Shown here one piece after another: positions 25,786 to 36,915 of a stretch of 64,000 bases of DNA (position 1 is its first letter; every line of letters starts with the position of its first letter). Both the position numbers and the translations under genes were made by a program. Where the stretch lies: NCBI GenBank assembly GCA_010093745.1, contig MU005976.1, forward strand, positions 124,001-188,000, in the 5' to 3' direction. This stretch comes from Piedraia hortae CBS 480.64 (lineage: Eukaryota). The notes under the pieces are model-generated. The model worked only from the letters and a program-made list of their open reading frames with translations, ran no database searches and was not told the DNA's origin.

Positions 25786-26519
25786 TTGTCAGCTTGTGTC
25801 TATCGTGCACCGTCGTTCAAACGAAGAAGTGAATCGGTAATTGATCTGACGGTTGGAGATGATGAGACCTGTCAAAATCTCATGGGAATCCTGTCAGAGT
25901 CAGAATCAGAATCTGGAGAGAACGAGGAGTTATCAATTGGTGAACCTGAAAACCCCGCAGTGAATGATGCTGTCTTGAGTGAGAACGGTCTGGATGAGCA
26001 TGAGATTGAAGAAAACCTATGTGGGAGGTTGAGACTGCACACGTTAAGTAGGTTCCCTGCCTCTGCGATGAAGAATTTGGTTGATCTTCGCTTAATTCAG
26101 CGCCTTCCATTGGCGGTAGTTCAAGAGGCTTTCCCTGGTACGCCGGCGACAACCATTTGGGCACGACTCTGTAAACTGAGAGGTTCTGCGGTTGAGATAA
26201 GGATACTGGCTAGCATGACACCTAAGGAAAGATGCCGGCTAAGGAAAAGTGGGATATGCTGTCCGCGAGCGTTCGACCAAGGACTTTGTGGTCGCTAACC
26301 GAGATCAAAGGAGTCATCCGCTATTTCGAGGCGCATCGCCTCAGCTTGGAGGCAACCGCAGAGCAGCTCCCAGAAAGATCGATAACTGCTATTAAGAAGA
26401 AATGAAATCAGCTCAGGAATCCAGAAATGAGTAAAAAATTCTGGAAGAGTTTGTCGTTGGCAGATAAAAGGGAACTAGAGGATAAAGAGTGGCGGCTCTT
26501 GCAACGGAGATACGAATAA
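25786..26519 (+). pseudogene. Myb/SANT-like protein, copy 2 (frameshift near 26240 and internal TGA)
   Basis: Aligns to copy 1: VIDLTVGDD/VADLTVEDD, LVDLRLIQRLP/LVNLRLVQRLP, and in a shifted frame KWDMLSASVRPRTLWSLTEIKGVIRY...PERSITAIKKK*NQLRN. Confidence 0.6.
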
Positions 26520-26922
26520 TGAGGCAGAAGCGAGACCGTTACTGCCACCTTGCCAAGAGGTCAAAGATCCACGGTAAAATTCAGAACATGCAGACAAGTA
26601 TTTCGGAGAGCGACGAATAATTGCAAGTGCATGCATTCTTTACGACGGTAACTTGTGGCTTTCACACAAGTATTCGATACTTATCCTGTCCAAGATTTGC
26701 AATTATAATTGATGCCTGGAAATTGCATGTGCCACATTTTTTATGTGTTGAGTTTACTGCCAAGATGTCACAAATGATTGGGACATGCAGGTGGTCTGCA
26801 TGTGACATGCGCGGCGTGGTGGGGCGCATGTGGGGCCGCAACGACACCTCCATCGTCACAGTTGCGGGCGCAGACTGGGCGGAGCATAGCGTTTGCATTG
26901 TTTCTAACATAGACTAAGGGAG

Positions 26923-28279
26923 ATGGTACGGCAAGTCGATGCCGACGTACCGCAGCCGGGGCCGGCGCAGTTGGGTTCACGCGCGGGGCCGGACGAGTGG
27001 CTTGCGGAAGCACGCCAATGCCATTACCTACCCGAAAACGACATGAAGCGGCTGTGTGAACTGGTCAAGGAGTGTTTGATGGAAGAGAGTAATGTACAGC
27101 CGGTTCGCGCGCCCGTCACAGTGTGCGGCGACATTCATGGGCAGTTTTACGACCTGCTGGAACTGTTCGACGTCGCAGGCGGAATGCCGGGCGATGCTGA
27201 GGCCCGCGCCGCCGCCCGGAAGGAGCGCATAGCCACTCCGACGAGTCCGACGCGTGCGGGCGTTATCAATGCTGCCGATATCGAGCCCCCGACGCAGATC
27301 AGTGATCCAAAAGTGCGGCGAAAGATGAAGCGGAGATTCCAGCGCGACGCAGCGTATCTGTCACCACCGGCGGGAGAGCAGGCACCGTCAGGGGCGATAG
27401 ATGGGGACGAGGATACGCGCGGCAGGCAGATGAGTCGCGGGGGGGATGCGGAGACAGGATCAGACGAAGAGTCGGAGTCGGAAGGGGGCAGCGGGCAGTC
27501 GAGTCGGGCCATGGTGGATGGCAAGCAAAACTTTGTGTTTCTCGGCGATTTCGTCGACCGCGGCCATTTCAGCCTCGAGACGTTCACGCTACTCATGTGT
27601 CTCAAGGCCAAATTCCCGGACAAGGTCACGTTGGTGCGCGGCAACCATGAGAGCCGGCAGATTACACAGGTCTACGGTTTCTACGAGGAGTGTCAACAAA
27701 AATACGGCAACGCTAGCGTGTGGAAGAGCTGCTGCCAGGTGTTTGACTACATTGCGCTGGCAGCCATCATTGACGGCAAGGTGTTGTGTGTGCACGGCGG
27801 TCTTTCGCCCGAAATCCGCACATTAGACCAGATTCGCGTAGTAGCTCGAGCTCAGGAAATCCCACATGAGGGCGCCTTCTGCGACCTTGTTTGGTCGGAT
27901 CCCGAGGAGGTGGAGACGTGGGCCGTGTCTCCGCGGGGCGCTGGGTGGCTATTTGGTGACAGAGTCTCATCAGAGGTAGGTCTCCGAACTAAGTGCATTG
28001 TATCTGGCTGACTCAGTACAGTTCAACCATGTAAACGACCTGCAACTCATCGCCCGCGCCCATCAGCTAGTCAACGAAGGCTACAAGTACCACTTCCGTT
28101 CCCAGGACGTGGTTACGGTGTGGTCCGCACCAAACTATTGTTATCGATGCGGCAACGTCGCCAGCATCATGACCATTGGCGAAGATCTGCAGCCTGGGTT
28201 CAAGATCTTCTCAGCGGTGCCAGACCATAGAAGAGCAGTTCCTGCCGGGCGAACTGGTAGGGGCGAGTACTTTTTGTAA
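26923..28279 (+). CDS. SIT4: Ser/Thr phosphatase SIT4/PP6 catalytic subunit; exons 26923-27975 and 28022-28279
   Basis: [35 protein letters not shown] motifs and C-terminal YFL. 46-nt intron GTAGGT..GCTGAC..CAG. Confidence 0.93.
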
Positions 28280-28896
28280 ACAACCACTGCACTTTATTGC
28301 GTTTTCCAGCTTCATGCATGCTCTACCTAGTCGTGTAGATTACACATGCACATTTTCACCGCCAAAGTTGTAAGCTGGCCCCGACTCAAGGTAGGATGCA
28401 CATGTGCTAAATCATTTGGTCATGCGCTACACAAACGAGAGACACTTTCGGAAAATTAAAACTTTAAATCTTGCTCAACTATACCGTAGTTGAGAGACAT
28501 GGCAATTCAACGAGTGATGCAACTGACCCTTTCAGCTGGTTCGTACTTCTTCCCTCAATGCAATCCGTGCTTCACGGTGAGCCGCGAGTGCTCGAGTTCT
28601 TTCTTCCCGAAATCGGTGGGACGACAGTAGAAAGCCGGGAGTGGTGTTGGTCGCGAGAGGAATGAATCGCTTCATCTGCCAGCTGCAGATTGACTGCTGG
28701 GTGGTTACACGCAAGCTGAATTCTCCACTTGCAGGAACGAAACATTCCGTCATGAGAGGATTCTCATTCGTATTCTCGGCTACCTTGATCATGCAATGCT
28801 CGTGTTCCATGCGTATATATTCCCCTCGTCCCAGCGAGATTTGCTCCATCAGATTCAATCATCAACACAACTGACTTATTCAACATCAAAGACGAA

Positions 28897-29367
28897 ATGT
28901 TGACCTCTGTTCTTACTTTGGCCTTGACAATCTCGTCTGCCATGGCGGCTTCAGTTCAAGTCAACAACCGCTGCAACTTCGATGTGTGGACGAACTTGGC
29001 TACTGGTTCGCCCGATGTCACCCAGGCCGAGCTGAGCAAGGGCAAGTCCACCACAGTGGCTATCACTGGGCTTGGACATAGCGTCGGCATCACCAAGGCT
29101 CAAGGAGACTACTGGTCGGTGAATCTTTATTGTTAATCGCTTAACCACTGACGTCATCGCATTAGGGCCAGCAATGGCAAGAAGCTCATACTTGGTGCAA
29201 GCATTTCGGGCGGTATTTTGTACTGGACGGCAAGTAATGTCAATGGCAACCCGCTGGAGAACCAGTTTCAAGTTTCGGTGTCGGGAGGGTGTGCGGGCAC
29301 AAAGACGACGGATGGACAGGTTCGCACATGCAGCGATCAGGCCAATGTGATACTTGACCTATGTTAA
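28897..29367 (+). CDS. Small secreted Cys-containing protein (thaumatin/Bys1-like); intron 29115-29165
   Basis: Signal peptide, then VNNRCNFDVW. Splicing GTCGGT..ACTGAC..TAG gives ..DYWASNGKKLILG...CAG...TCSDQANVILDLC*. Confidence 0.7.
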
Positions 29368-29740
29368 GCATGAATATAGGGGGTTAGGTAATATGGACAG
29401 TGCTGTGGTAATCTTCTGCGATCGATAAATTGCTGCATGACAAATACCTTGCTGCATTCTGAGTCGCATATTGCGCCAGCGATCGACAGAAACAGACTTG
29501 CTTCCCTGATGAAATCATATGTAATCCTGCAGATGATTCGTAAAGGTTTTGAGTTTAGTTCGGTAGAGCTAGCTCATCGCGTGGGCAAACGAACTAATGC
29601 GGCGTCCCGTCGGGTCGGACCGTCTCCACGTGTGGCGCAACGTCCCGTCTCGCGCCGTCCCGTAGGTTGCGACTGGCGACTGGTAAATTGGGCGGGAGGC
29701 CAAGTACCGACACAGCAACACGCTGACACCAGCATATGGC

Positions 29741-32700
29741 ATGAACACGACACCCCAACGCACCCCCGTCGGGAGGCCTCGACGTGTGTCCACAGCCATG
29801 ACCAGACACTCGGATGACGAGCCCAAGACGGCAGTCAATGTCGGTGAGTACCGCGAGAAATGGATTGCGGCCACGACTGACGGCAGCAGCTGTACGTGTT
29901 CGGCCTCCGATTCCACCCTCGGATCCGCGCTATGATCTTATTCCGCCGCGATTCCGTGGCAGCACCTGTGAGGTCCCGAGCCAGAACAGTCTCGTGGTGC
30001 AGGCCAGTCGCGATGCGGGGGGCAATGCGCGTCAGGGCAGCAAGATGTTCTTGTTTGACCACGTGTTTGATGAAAAGGCCACGCAGGCGGATATCTGGGA
30101 CTATCTGAGCGGTAGTGTCGAGTCATTTACGTCCGGATACAACGTCTCCATCCTGGCCTATGGGCAGTCTGGATCCGGCAAGAGCTATACGATGGGGACT
30201 TCAGGGCCGGACGAGCAGAGTAACGTTAGCATGGCCGGCATCGTCCCACGCGCCGCCCTTGCGCTCTTCGAGAAGCTTGGCGCCGGGCCACCCAAGCGAG
30301 CGTCGGCCATGCAACTGCCCAAGAGATACTCGGCCCAGAGCCTGCCTAGCTACTCTGGCCAATCTTGCTCCTCGTCGTACCCCAAGTCGTGGGAGCTCAA
30401 GGCTTCTTACGTCGAGATTTACAACGAGAATCCCCGAGATCTCCTGCTGCCAGAAGACACGCCGGCCTCCCAGCGGCCGCAGGTGACGATTCGCGGCGGT
30501 GCAAAGGGCCGCATTCTGTTAGACGGCCTCAGCCAATGGCCAATCAACTCGGTAGAGGATGTGATGAATGCGCTGAACTTTGGCTCGTCCATCCGCCAGA
30601 CAGATTCCACGGCTCTCAACGCGCGGTCGTCGCGCTCCCACGCCGTCTTCAGCCTCTATCTGACGCAAAAGAAGGGCGGAGATGCGACGGTGGACAAGCG
30701 CTTCTCTGTGCCGGTGCCGACGGCATTTGACGGCGTGATGGTGGAGAGCAAGCTGCACTTTGTTGACCTGGCAGGCAGCGAGAGGATGAAGGATACGGGG
30801 GCAACGGGCGAGCGGGCACGAGAAGGCATTGCCATCAACGGTGGCCTTGCTGCACTGGGAAAAGTCATCTCGCAGCTGTCGACGAAGCAGACCAACGGAT
30901 TCATCTCGTACCGCGATTCGCGTTTGACGCGTCTGTTGCAAGATTCGCTGGGGGGCAACGCCATCACGTATATGATTGCGTGTGTCACTCCGGCCGCGTT
31001 CCACCTCAACGAGACGCTGAACACGATACACTACGCGCAGAGGGCCCGCGCTATCCAGAGCAAGCCCGAAGTGCAGTTGCGGTCAGACGGCGACAGCCAG
31101 GCCACCATGGAGCGGCTGCGCGCTGAAGTCACCTACTTGCGCGAGCAGCTGCGCGCGACTACTGGCGATCGGCCGGCAGAATCTGGACGCCGCGAGGAAG
31201 AGCTGCAGGCCAAGCTGGCCGACATGGAGGAGCATTACCGCGCCCTCCGCACCCGCCACACCGCCCTCGTCAATGAGCTCTCCCAGGCGCGTGATGCCGA
31301 GACGGTGGCCAGTCCCAGCGCGGAATCTGATGCCCAGGCCCGCATCCAGCGCTCCCATGCGTTTGCCGTAGCCGTGGACAACATGGCCAAGGAATATGAG
31401 AAGACGATTGAGAGCCTCGAGTCATCGCTGGCCAGAGCCCGCAGCGCTCTTTCCCAAGCCGAACTGGACAAGGAGACGCAGGTCAGGCATCTGGAGCAGA
31501 TGCTGCACCAGCTGCAGGCGCGGCTGCAAAAGGCGTCGGAGCGGGAGACGAGCCACGAAGAATACGTGAGGGACTTGGAGAGCCGCATTGAAGGCACCGT
31601 GGACGGCCAAGAACGCTCGGGTTCCATCATAGCTGACCTTAAGAAGGAGCTGGAACGAGCGCGGGCGAGCGAAAAGTCGGCCGAAGACTACATTGCCACG
31701 CTGGAAGACCGTCTGGCCGAAGCGGAGCAGGACCAGGACGCCATGCAGCAGGAATTGGAGCGTCTAGAGTTTGTTGTTGAAAGACAACGCAGCGTTGGTC
31801 GTCTGACGAATCTTCTGGGCGAGTTGGACGGATCTGAACAGACGGACGACGGTCTTAGGCCAGATTCGCCCGCCCGCAGCGTCAACGGCTCCGCCCTGGC
31901 CTCGACCGAGCCTGATGAACAGCCGTCCAACAAGTCCCCGGCCCAGACCGACTTCATGGCCGATAAGGTGGAGAACCTCACGCAGGAGCTGTTTGATCTG
32001 CGTTCGGAGCACGAGGGCACGCTGGCAGACTACGACAAGCTGCAGCAAAAGTACCAGACGGCACTACAGACGCTGGCAAAGCTCAAGTACGGCGAGGACG
32101 ACACGGCCACCCCTTTTTTAGTCGAAGCGGGGATGACAGACGGACGGCAAGGGCCTTCATCCTCGCGCTCACGGCCGGAATCGCCCTCGCCTGGGGTGTT
32201 GCGGTCTGGCGCAGAGGTGGATGGGAGCATTTTGACTACTGATGCAGCCGGTGGAGACCATCTGCCTTCCGATGCGGCCACAATGCTCTCCAAAATCCAA
32301 ACTGGTAACGTGTCGGCGATGGAGCTGGCTGCCAGCTATCAGACGTTGGCCCAGCAGTACGAATCTGCAAAGGCTAAGGCGGACGAGTTGGAGTCGGAGA
32401 TGAGGCGGTCCCACCACCGCCTGTCTGTTCCTTCGACTCCCGCCCAGCTCCGCCGCAAGTCGGAGGATCGCCTTGGTGCAAAGTCTCCAAAGGCCACGCG
32501 TGCCATTGCATCTCTGAAGAACATGTCTGTAGAGACGTTTGAAGACGATCCCGAACGCCGCCAGGGCTTCGAGCAGCACCTGAACTCGCTGGAGAAGGAG
32601 CTACAGGCCAAGACGGAGCGGGTGCAGACGTTGGAGCGTGATCTGGGCACAAGTCGGAAGGAGGTTGAAAATAAGAGCACAATCATCTCCGGCCTCACCC

Positions 32701-34268
32701 GTGAGCGCTCGTCTATTGCCGCCTCGTCCGGCTTTGATATTGAGGCCGTCATGCAGATGCGTCAAAAGCTGGAGGAGAGCCAGAACCATGTTCGCTCCTT
32801 ACAAGAACGCTTGGACGAGCACGGGGCCGACGGTGGTGTGCTTCACAAACGCGTCGAGGAACTCAAGGCGTCAGAAGCGCAGCTTCTTGCTACCATCGCC
32901 GGCATGGAGAAGTCTCTGCAGGATGCGCAGTCCCAAGAGGCCGCCTTTGCCCGGGAAAGGGCTCAACATGCAGAAACCGTCTCCGGCCTGCAGCAAGAAG
33001 TTGAACGGTGTAAGAGCCTCGCCAACGAACACACGTCTAAGCTGGAAAAGTCTCAGGCAGAGATGGAGGAGCAGATTCGGGAGCGGAACCTCACCCAGCA
33101 GGAGCTGCAGACGCACCGCGATCTGGTGGCAAATTTGGAGAGCCAACTTCAGGTGCACAAAGAGGCAACGAGCACGCACCAAGACACGATTGAGTCTCTA
33201 CGCGCAAAACATGCCCGAGAGACTGAGGAGCTAGCTCAGGCGAAGAAGGCGCTGGAAGAAGAGCACGAGGGCCTTCTGCTCCACGCATCCAAGGCTCTCG
33301 GCGTTCAAGGCAAGCGGGAGCCGGTGCAGACGCGGATGGCGGCATTGGTGGAGGAGCACCGCGAGCTGCAGCAACGTCACCGCAAGACAAACGGGGAGCT
33401 GCAGATGGCACTCACGACTACAGCAACGTTAGAGACGCGCAACGGTCAGCTGCAGGCGAAACTGGAGCGCGTCTCGGAGCGGGAAAAGCGCAGCGCTCGG
33501 CTGGTGGAAGAACTGGAAGAACAGCTCAATTCGAACTTTGACTCGCACCAGCGCGTTAACAACCGCCTGTCGACGATTCAGTCCGAGACGGAGCAGGTAC
33601 GCATGGGTATGGAACGGGAGTTGGACGAGCAAAAGGCTCGCAATGCTGCCCTCGAGGTGGGTGTTCCATCTAACTGTCCCGGTGGACGCATGACTAACTT
33701 GACCAAGCAACAAATCGCAGCAATGAAGCGAAATTCTGCTGGCTCCGAAGCCCCAGCACGTACGGGGTCAGGACGCAAAGCATCAGTGACGTTGCCTACG
33801 CCACCCCCCTCCATTCCCTTGCCTCCTTTGCCGTCTCTGCCCAACGGCGAGCGGACCACCTCGCCCATCAGTCAGTCCCCGCCGGCATCCCGCCAGGCAA
33901 ATCAGCAACAGCAGGCACTGCTCGAAGAGCAAGAGGCTCGTCTTCGCACCGTCGAAAAGCATCTCTTTGCCGAGAAGCAGCTCACGTCGACGCTGGAAGA
34001 GGCGCTTGTCGATTTAGAGACATCCACAAACCGCACCAAGGGCGAGATGGAGGCCTATCGCCGCAAGTGTGCACAACTAGAGGAAGAGGTTGTCAAGCTC
34101 CGCAAGGAAAATTCCATGTCCAAGGCCAGTCTGCAGGCGGTCGAGGAAGAGCGTGAGATGCGTCTGCGTGCAGAAAGGGCCCGTCAGGCTCTGGAGCAGC
34201 GTATGCTGGAGCTCAACGCGGATGGAAAGGGCAAGAAAAAGAAGAAGAACGCGCTCAACTGTTTCTAG
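29741..34268 (+). CDS. Kinesin (kinesin-4-like) with long coiled-coil tail; introns 29844-29889 and 33657-33707
   Basis: GQSGSGKS, SSRSH and DLAGSE motifs. The likely start is MNTTPQR..DEPKTAVNV^AVRVRPP via a GTGAGT..CTGAC..CAG intron. The second, in-frame intron reads GTGGGT..ACTAAC..AAG. Confidence 0.9.
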
Positions 34269-34537
34269 TGCTGTACTGTAGCTGGAGCGTTTCGTTAATG
34301 TAATTGCTGGGCGTGTTTCACTGTCTCATTGTATGCCAATATGGTCTTAGTTGCTGTGTGTATGTATAGCCGTTGTGTCTAAAAACAATCCTTGCAAGAC
34401 AATATTAAAAGCCTCCTTCTCATCTATGGTACATATTCCTTCAGCCTGTTCAACCTTGGCATCTGCTGATAGTCAAACTAACCAAGTTGTTCTGGTCAGA
34501 CCATTTAACATGCTGAAAATCTACCTCGTAACGGATT

Positions 34538-35458
34538 TCAAGTCCATTCAACCCGGATAGTGGGAAACTCCTTCACCGCTCGACACTTGAGGGCCTCTGT
34601 AAAGGTCTCCTTCGGACAAAGTGGAATCTCTCCCTTCCCGGATTGTTGAAGAAAGAATCTAGGCTGTGACTCTGCGAGATTGTCCTTCTTCCCTAGGGAA
34701 GGAGCATCCCCCTGCGTAGGATCTCGATCTTCACTCTGAGAAGCATCCCCCTCTCTCAAAGAATGACCTATCTTCCCGCCCTTGTCATCCTCAACAGGTG
34801 CATCCTTCCCTGGAAAACCACCACCCTGGAACCCATCCCTCCCCGTCCACGCATCAACCACTCTCAGCTCGGAATGAACCCCATGCCTAATTTCCCTCTT
34901 CTTTTTCCCCTCTGGAGAGTTATAAACCCACTCCACAGTCCAATGAACCTTGAGCACCCCCCTCCTCATCCTCCCCCGGGTCTGATTAACCCTATGCCTT
35001 GACATCCCCGCGGGCGCCCTCTCAACGCTTATCTCATTCTTCCTGAGATATTTAATCAATTCCTTGACCTTATCACTCCCGCGGACGGACGTCTGCGGAG
35101 CCATATTCCCCTCCTCGTCTTCTTTCTCTTCCCCCATAGACTTCTCCCGTCTCTCATCGATTTTAACGCCCTTTTCAATGGCATCCTCAACCCCCCTTAG
35201 GAATTGGTAATCCCGCGCAAGCCAGTCTACATTGCGAAGTGTTTGTTTGGGGATATATCGTGCAGGGGACGATGTTCCCGAGCAGGATTTTTGCGTCTTA
35301 TGGATCCCGAAGCACGTGAGAGAGCAGGTTCGTGTGTTGCATGCTGGACAGCGGTATTTACTCGCTGATTCGTAACTAGTGGAGGTTAGGAGGGACGCTT
35401 TGCGGGGAGAGGGAGGGGAAGGGGAGGGGGGAAAGGCGGACCAGGTTGTGCAGAGCAT
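34538..35458 (-). CDS. BCD1: Box C/D snoRNA biogenesis protein Bcd1-like, zf-HIT; intron 35441-35376
   Basis: Splicing gives MLCTTCYESASKYRCPACNTRTCSLTCFGIHKTQKSCSG. Also DYQFLRGVE, APAGMSRHRVNQT, WTVEW and C-terminal EFPTI. Confidence 0.75.
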   Translation of the reverse strand: MLCTTWSAFPPSPSPPSPRKASLLTSTSYESASKYRCPACNTRTCSLTCFGIHKTQKSCSGTSSPARYIPKQTLRNVDWLARDYQFLRGVEDAIEKGVKIDERREKSMGEEKEDEEGNMAPQTSVRGSDKVKELIKYLRKNEISVERAPAGMSRHRVNQTRGRMRRGVLKVHWTVEWVYNSPEGKKKREIRHGVHSELRVVDAWTGRDGFQGGGFPGKDAPVEDDKGGKIGHSLREGDASQSEDRDPTQGDAPSLGKKDNLAESQPRFFLQQSGKGEIPLCPKETFTEALKCRAVKEFPTIRVEWT

Positions 35459-36915
35459 CGCATGCGGATTATGGGTGGTGGAAGAGGTTTGGTGTGACAT
35501 GTACTTCACCTGCGTAAAGTTGAGACGGGGTAATCCCGGGAAAAAGTCTGGTTTCGATATCGATATCTATTGAGATGAGTTGGATAGTTAAGCTACTTGT
35601 GAGTTGTGAGTGTTCTAGGATAAGGAGTGGAAGGCGAAGTGGTTCTCCCCGCGTTGGATCGTAGCGCTGAACCGACCTCGAGCTGGTTGGAGCAACGCTG
35701 GAGCACGCTAGACCGCTTTTGGTTAACACAGACCTGTTACCCGGTTTGCGTCATGCGGGATGTTCCGCTCCCACGCTTGCTTACGATGGCTGACCGCCTC
35801 ATACGTTTTGGCCCGAGATGTTTCAAGCCACAAGTACCACAAGTTTCTTCGCCAGACGGAACGCATATAATCGGCGTTAAAATTGCTTTTGCAGAGCACA
35901 TCGCCCTGGCAAAACGACGAGGAGTGGGTCTGCGCTTATGACGGTTTTCGCTTATTGTTAGTCGTTTATTAGGGTTACGCGAGACATTCGTGGGTGTGGA
36001 GTTGAGTGTGGAGTTATAAACTTCCGAGGTCGCCCCCATACCAAGAGTGATTCTTCAAACCCCGGTTTTCTTTCGGAGTACAGCCTAGATGGGAAAGCTA
36101 AGCTAATGGCAATGTTCAGAGGGCTTGAAATAACAAGGTTGTTGTCGCTTTGGTGTTGTGCTTGGAGTAACTTGTGGTGGATAATGTCGGCCTGAAGCGG
36201 GGCTTGGCTTTCGCCGTGGTTTAAGGCGCATAATCTTGCTCACCGTAAGGTCCCACAGCGGGACAGGACAGTAAAGGGAAGTTGAATACTTCGATATGAG
36301 CTTTCTAGAAGATAGCGAGAAGGTAGCTAGAAGGAACGACGATCCCCTGTTGATGTTATTGAGTGTTATTGCCATTTCAGGGGTTCGTTACCCCGTACTT
36401 CGGCTGAGACCGTCCTCCGTTGCAGGCATTCCCCACCTGTCACGGAACGTCACACGACACAAGCTTTCAGACAGGCCGGTGGCAGAAGTCTATCGCGTAT
36501 TGTGGGGACCGTCAGCGGAGACGGATGACGGTCAGCCCCAATCACTTGTAATCACCGTCAGGATGCAGATGTGACACGAAAACAGGAGATTAGGTTCCGG
36601 CAAATGATCCTAGGGCGATCTACAGCCTGAGTGGCGGCATTGTTCGTCAAACGAGATGGGCAACGGGGTTGCAAACGACGTGCACAATGCATGACAAGCA
36701 GGAGCCTTGGTGTGACCTGACTCGCCAGCATCAAAACGTCTCATATTTATGAGTGATAATCATCCGGCGACGGCCGCTTGGTAGAAGCCGTCGACGGCAA
36801 AATCTGCAACCCTGTCGTATCCGTGCACGGTAGCCTCCAGCCTCCCGCCCCTAATTGGCTGTCGCCTCGTGTTGTGCTCCGGTCCTAGGTTCTCTCAACA
36901 ACTCCACTGCTGGAC

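Noticed and set aside
27190..27525. Long low-complexity insertion in the SIT4 catalytic domain
   Set aside because: To my knowledge similar insertions are usual in filamentous-ascomycete SIT4 orthologs. It has no clear intron signals and is not novel.
35969..35977. TTAGGGTTA (TAACCCTAA on the minus strand), identical to the telomerase RNA template of filamentous fungi
   Set aside because: A 9-mer has roughly even odds of appearing by chance in 64 kb. Only about 500 nt separate it from the BCD1 ATG, and I recognised no pseudoknot or CR4/5 element.
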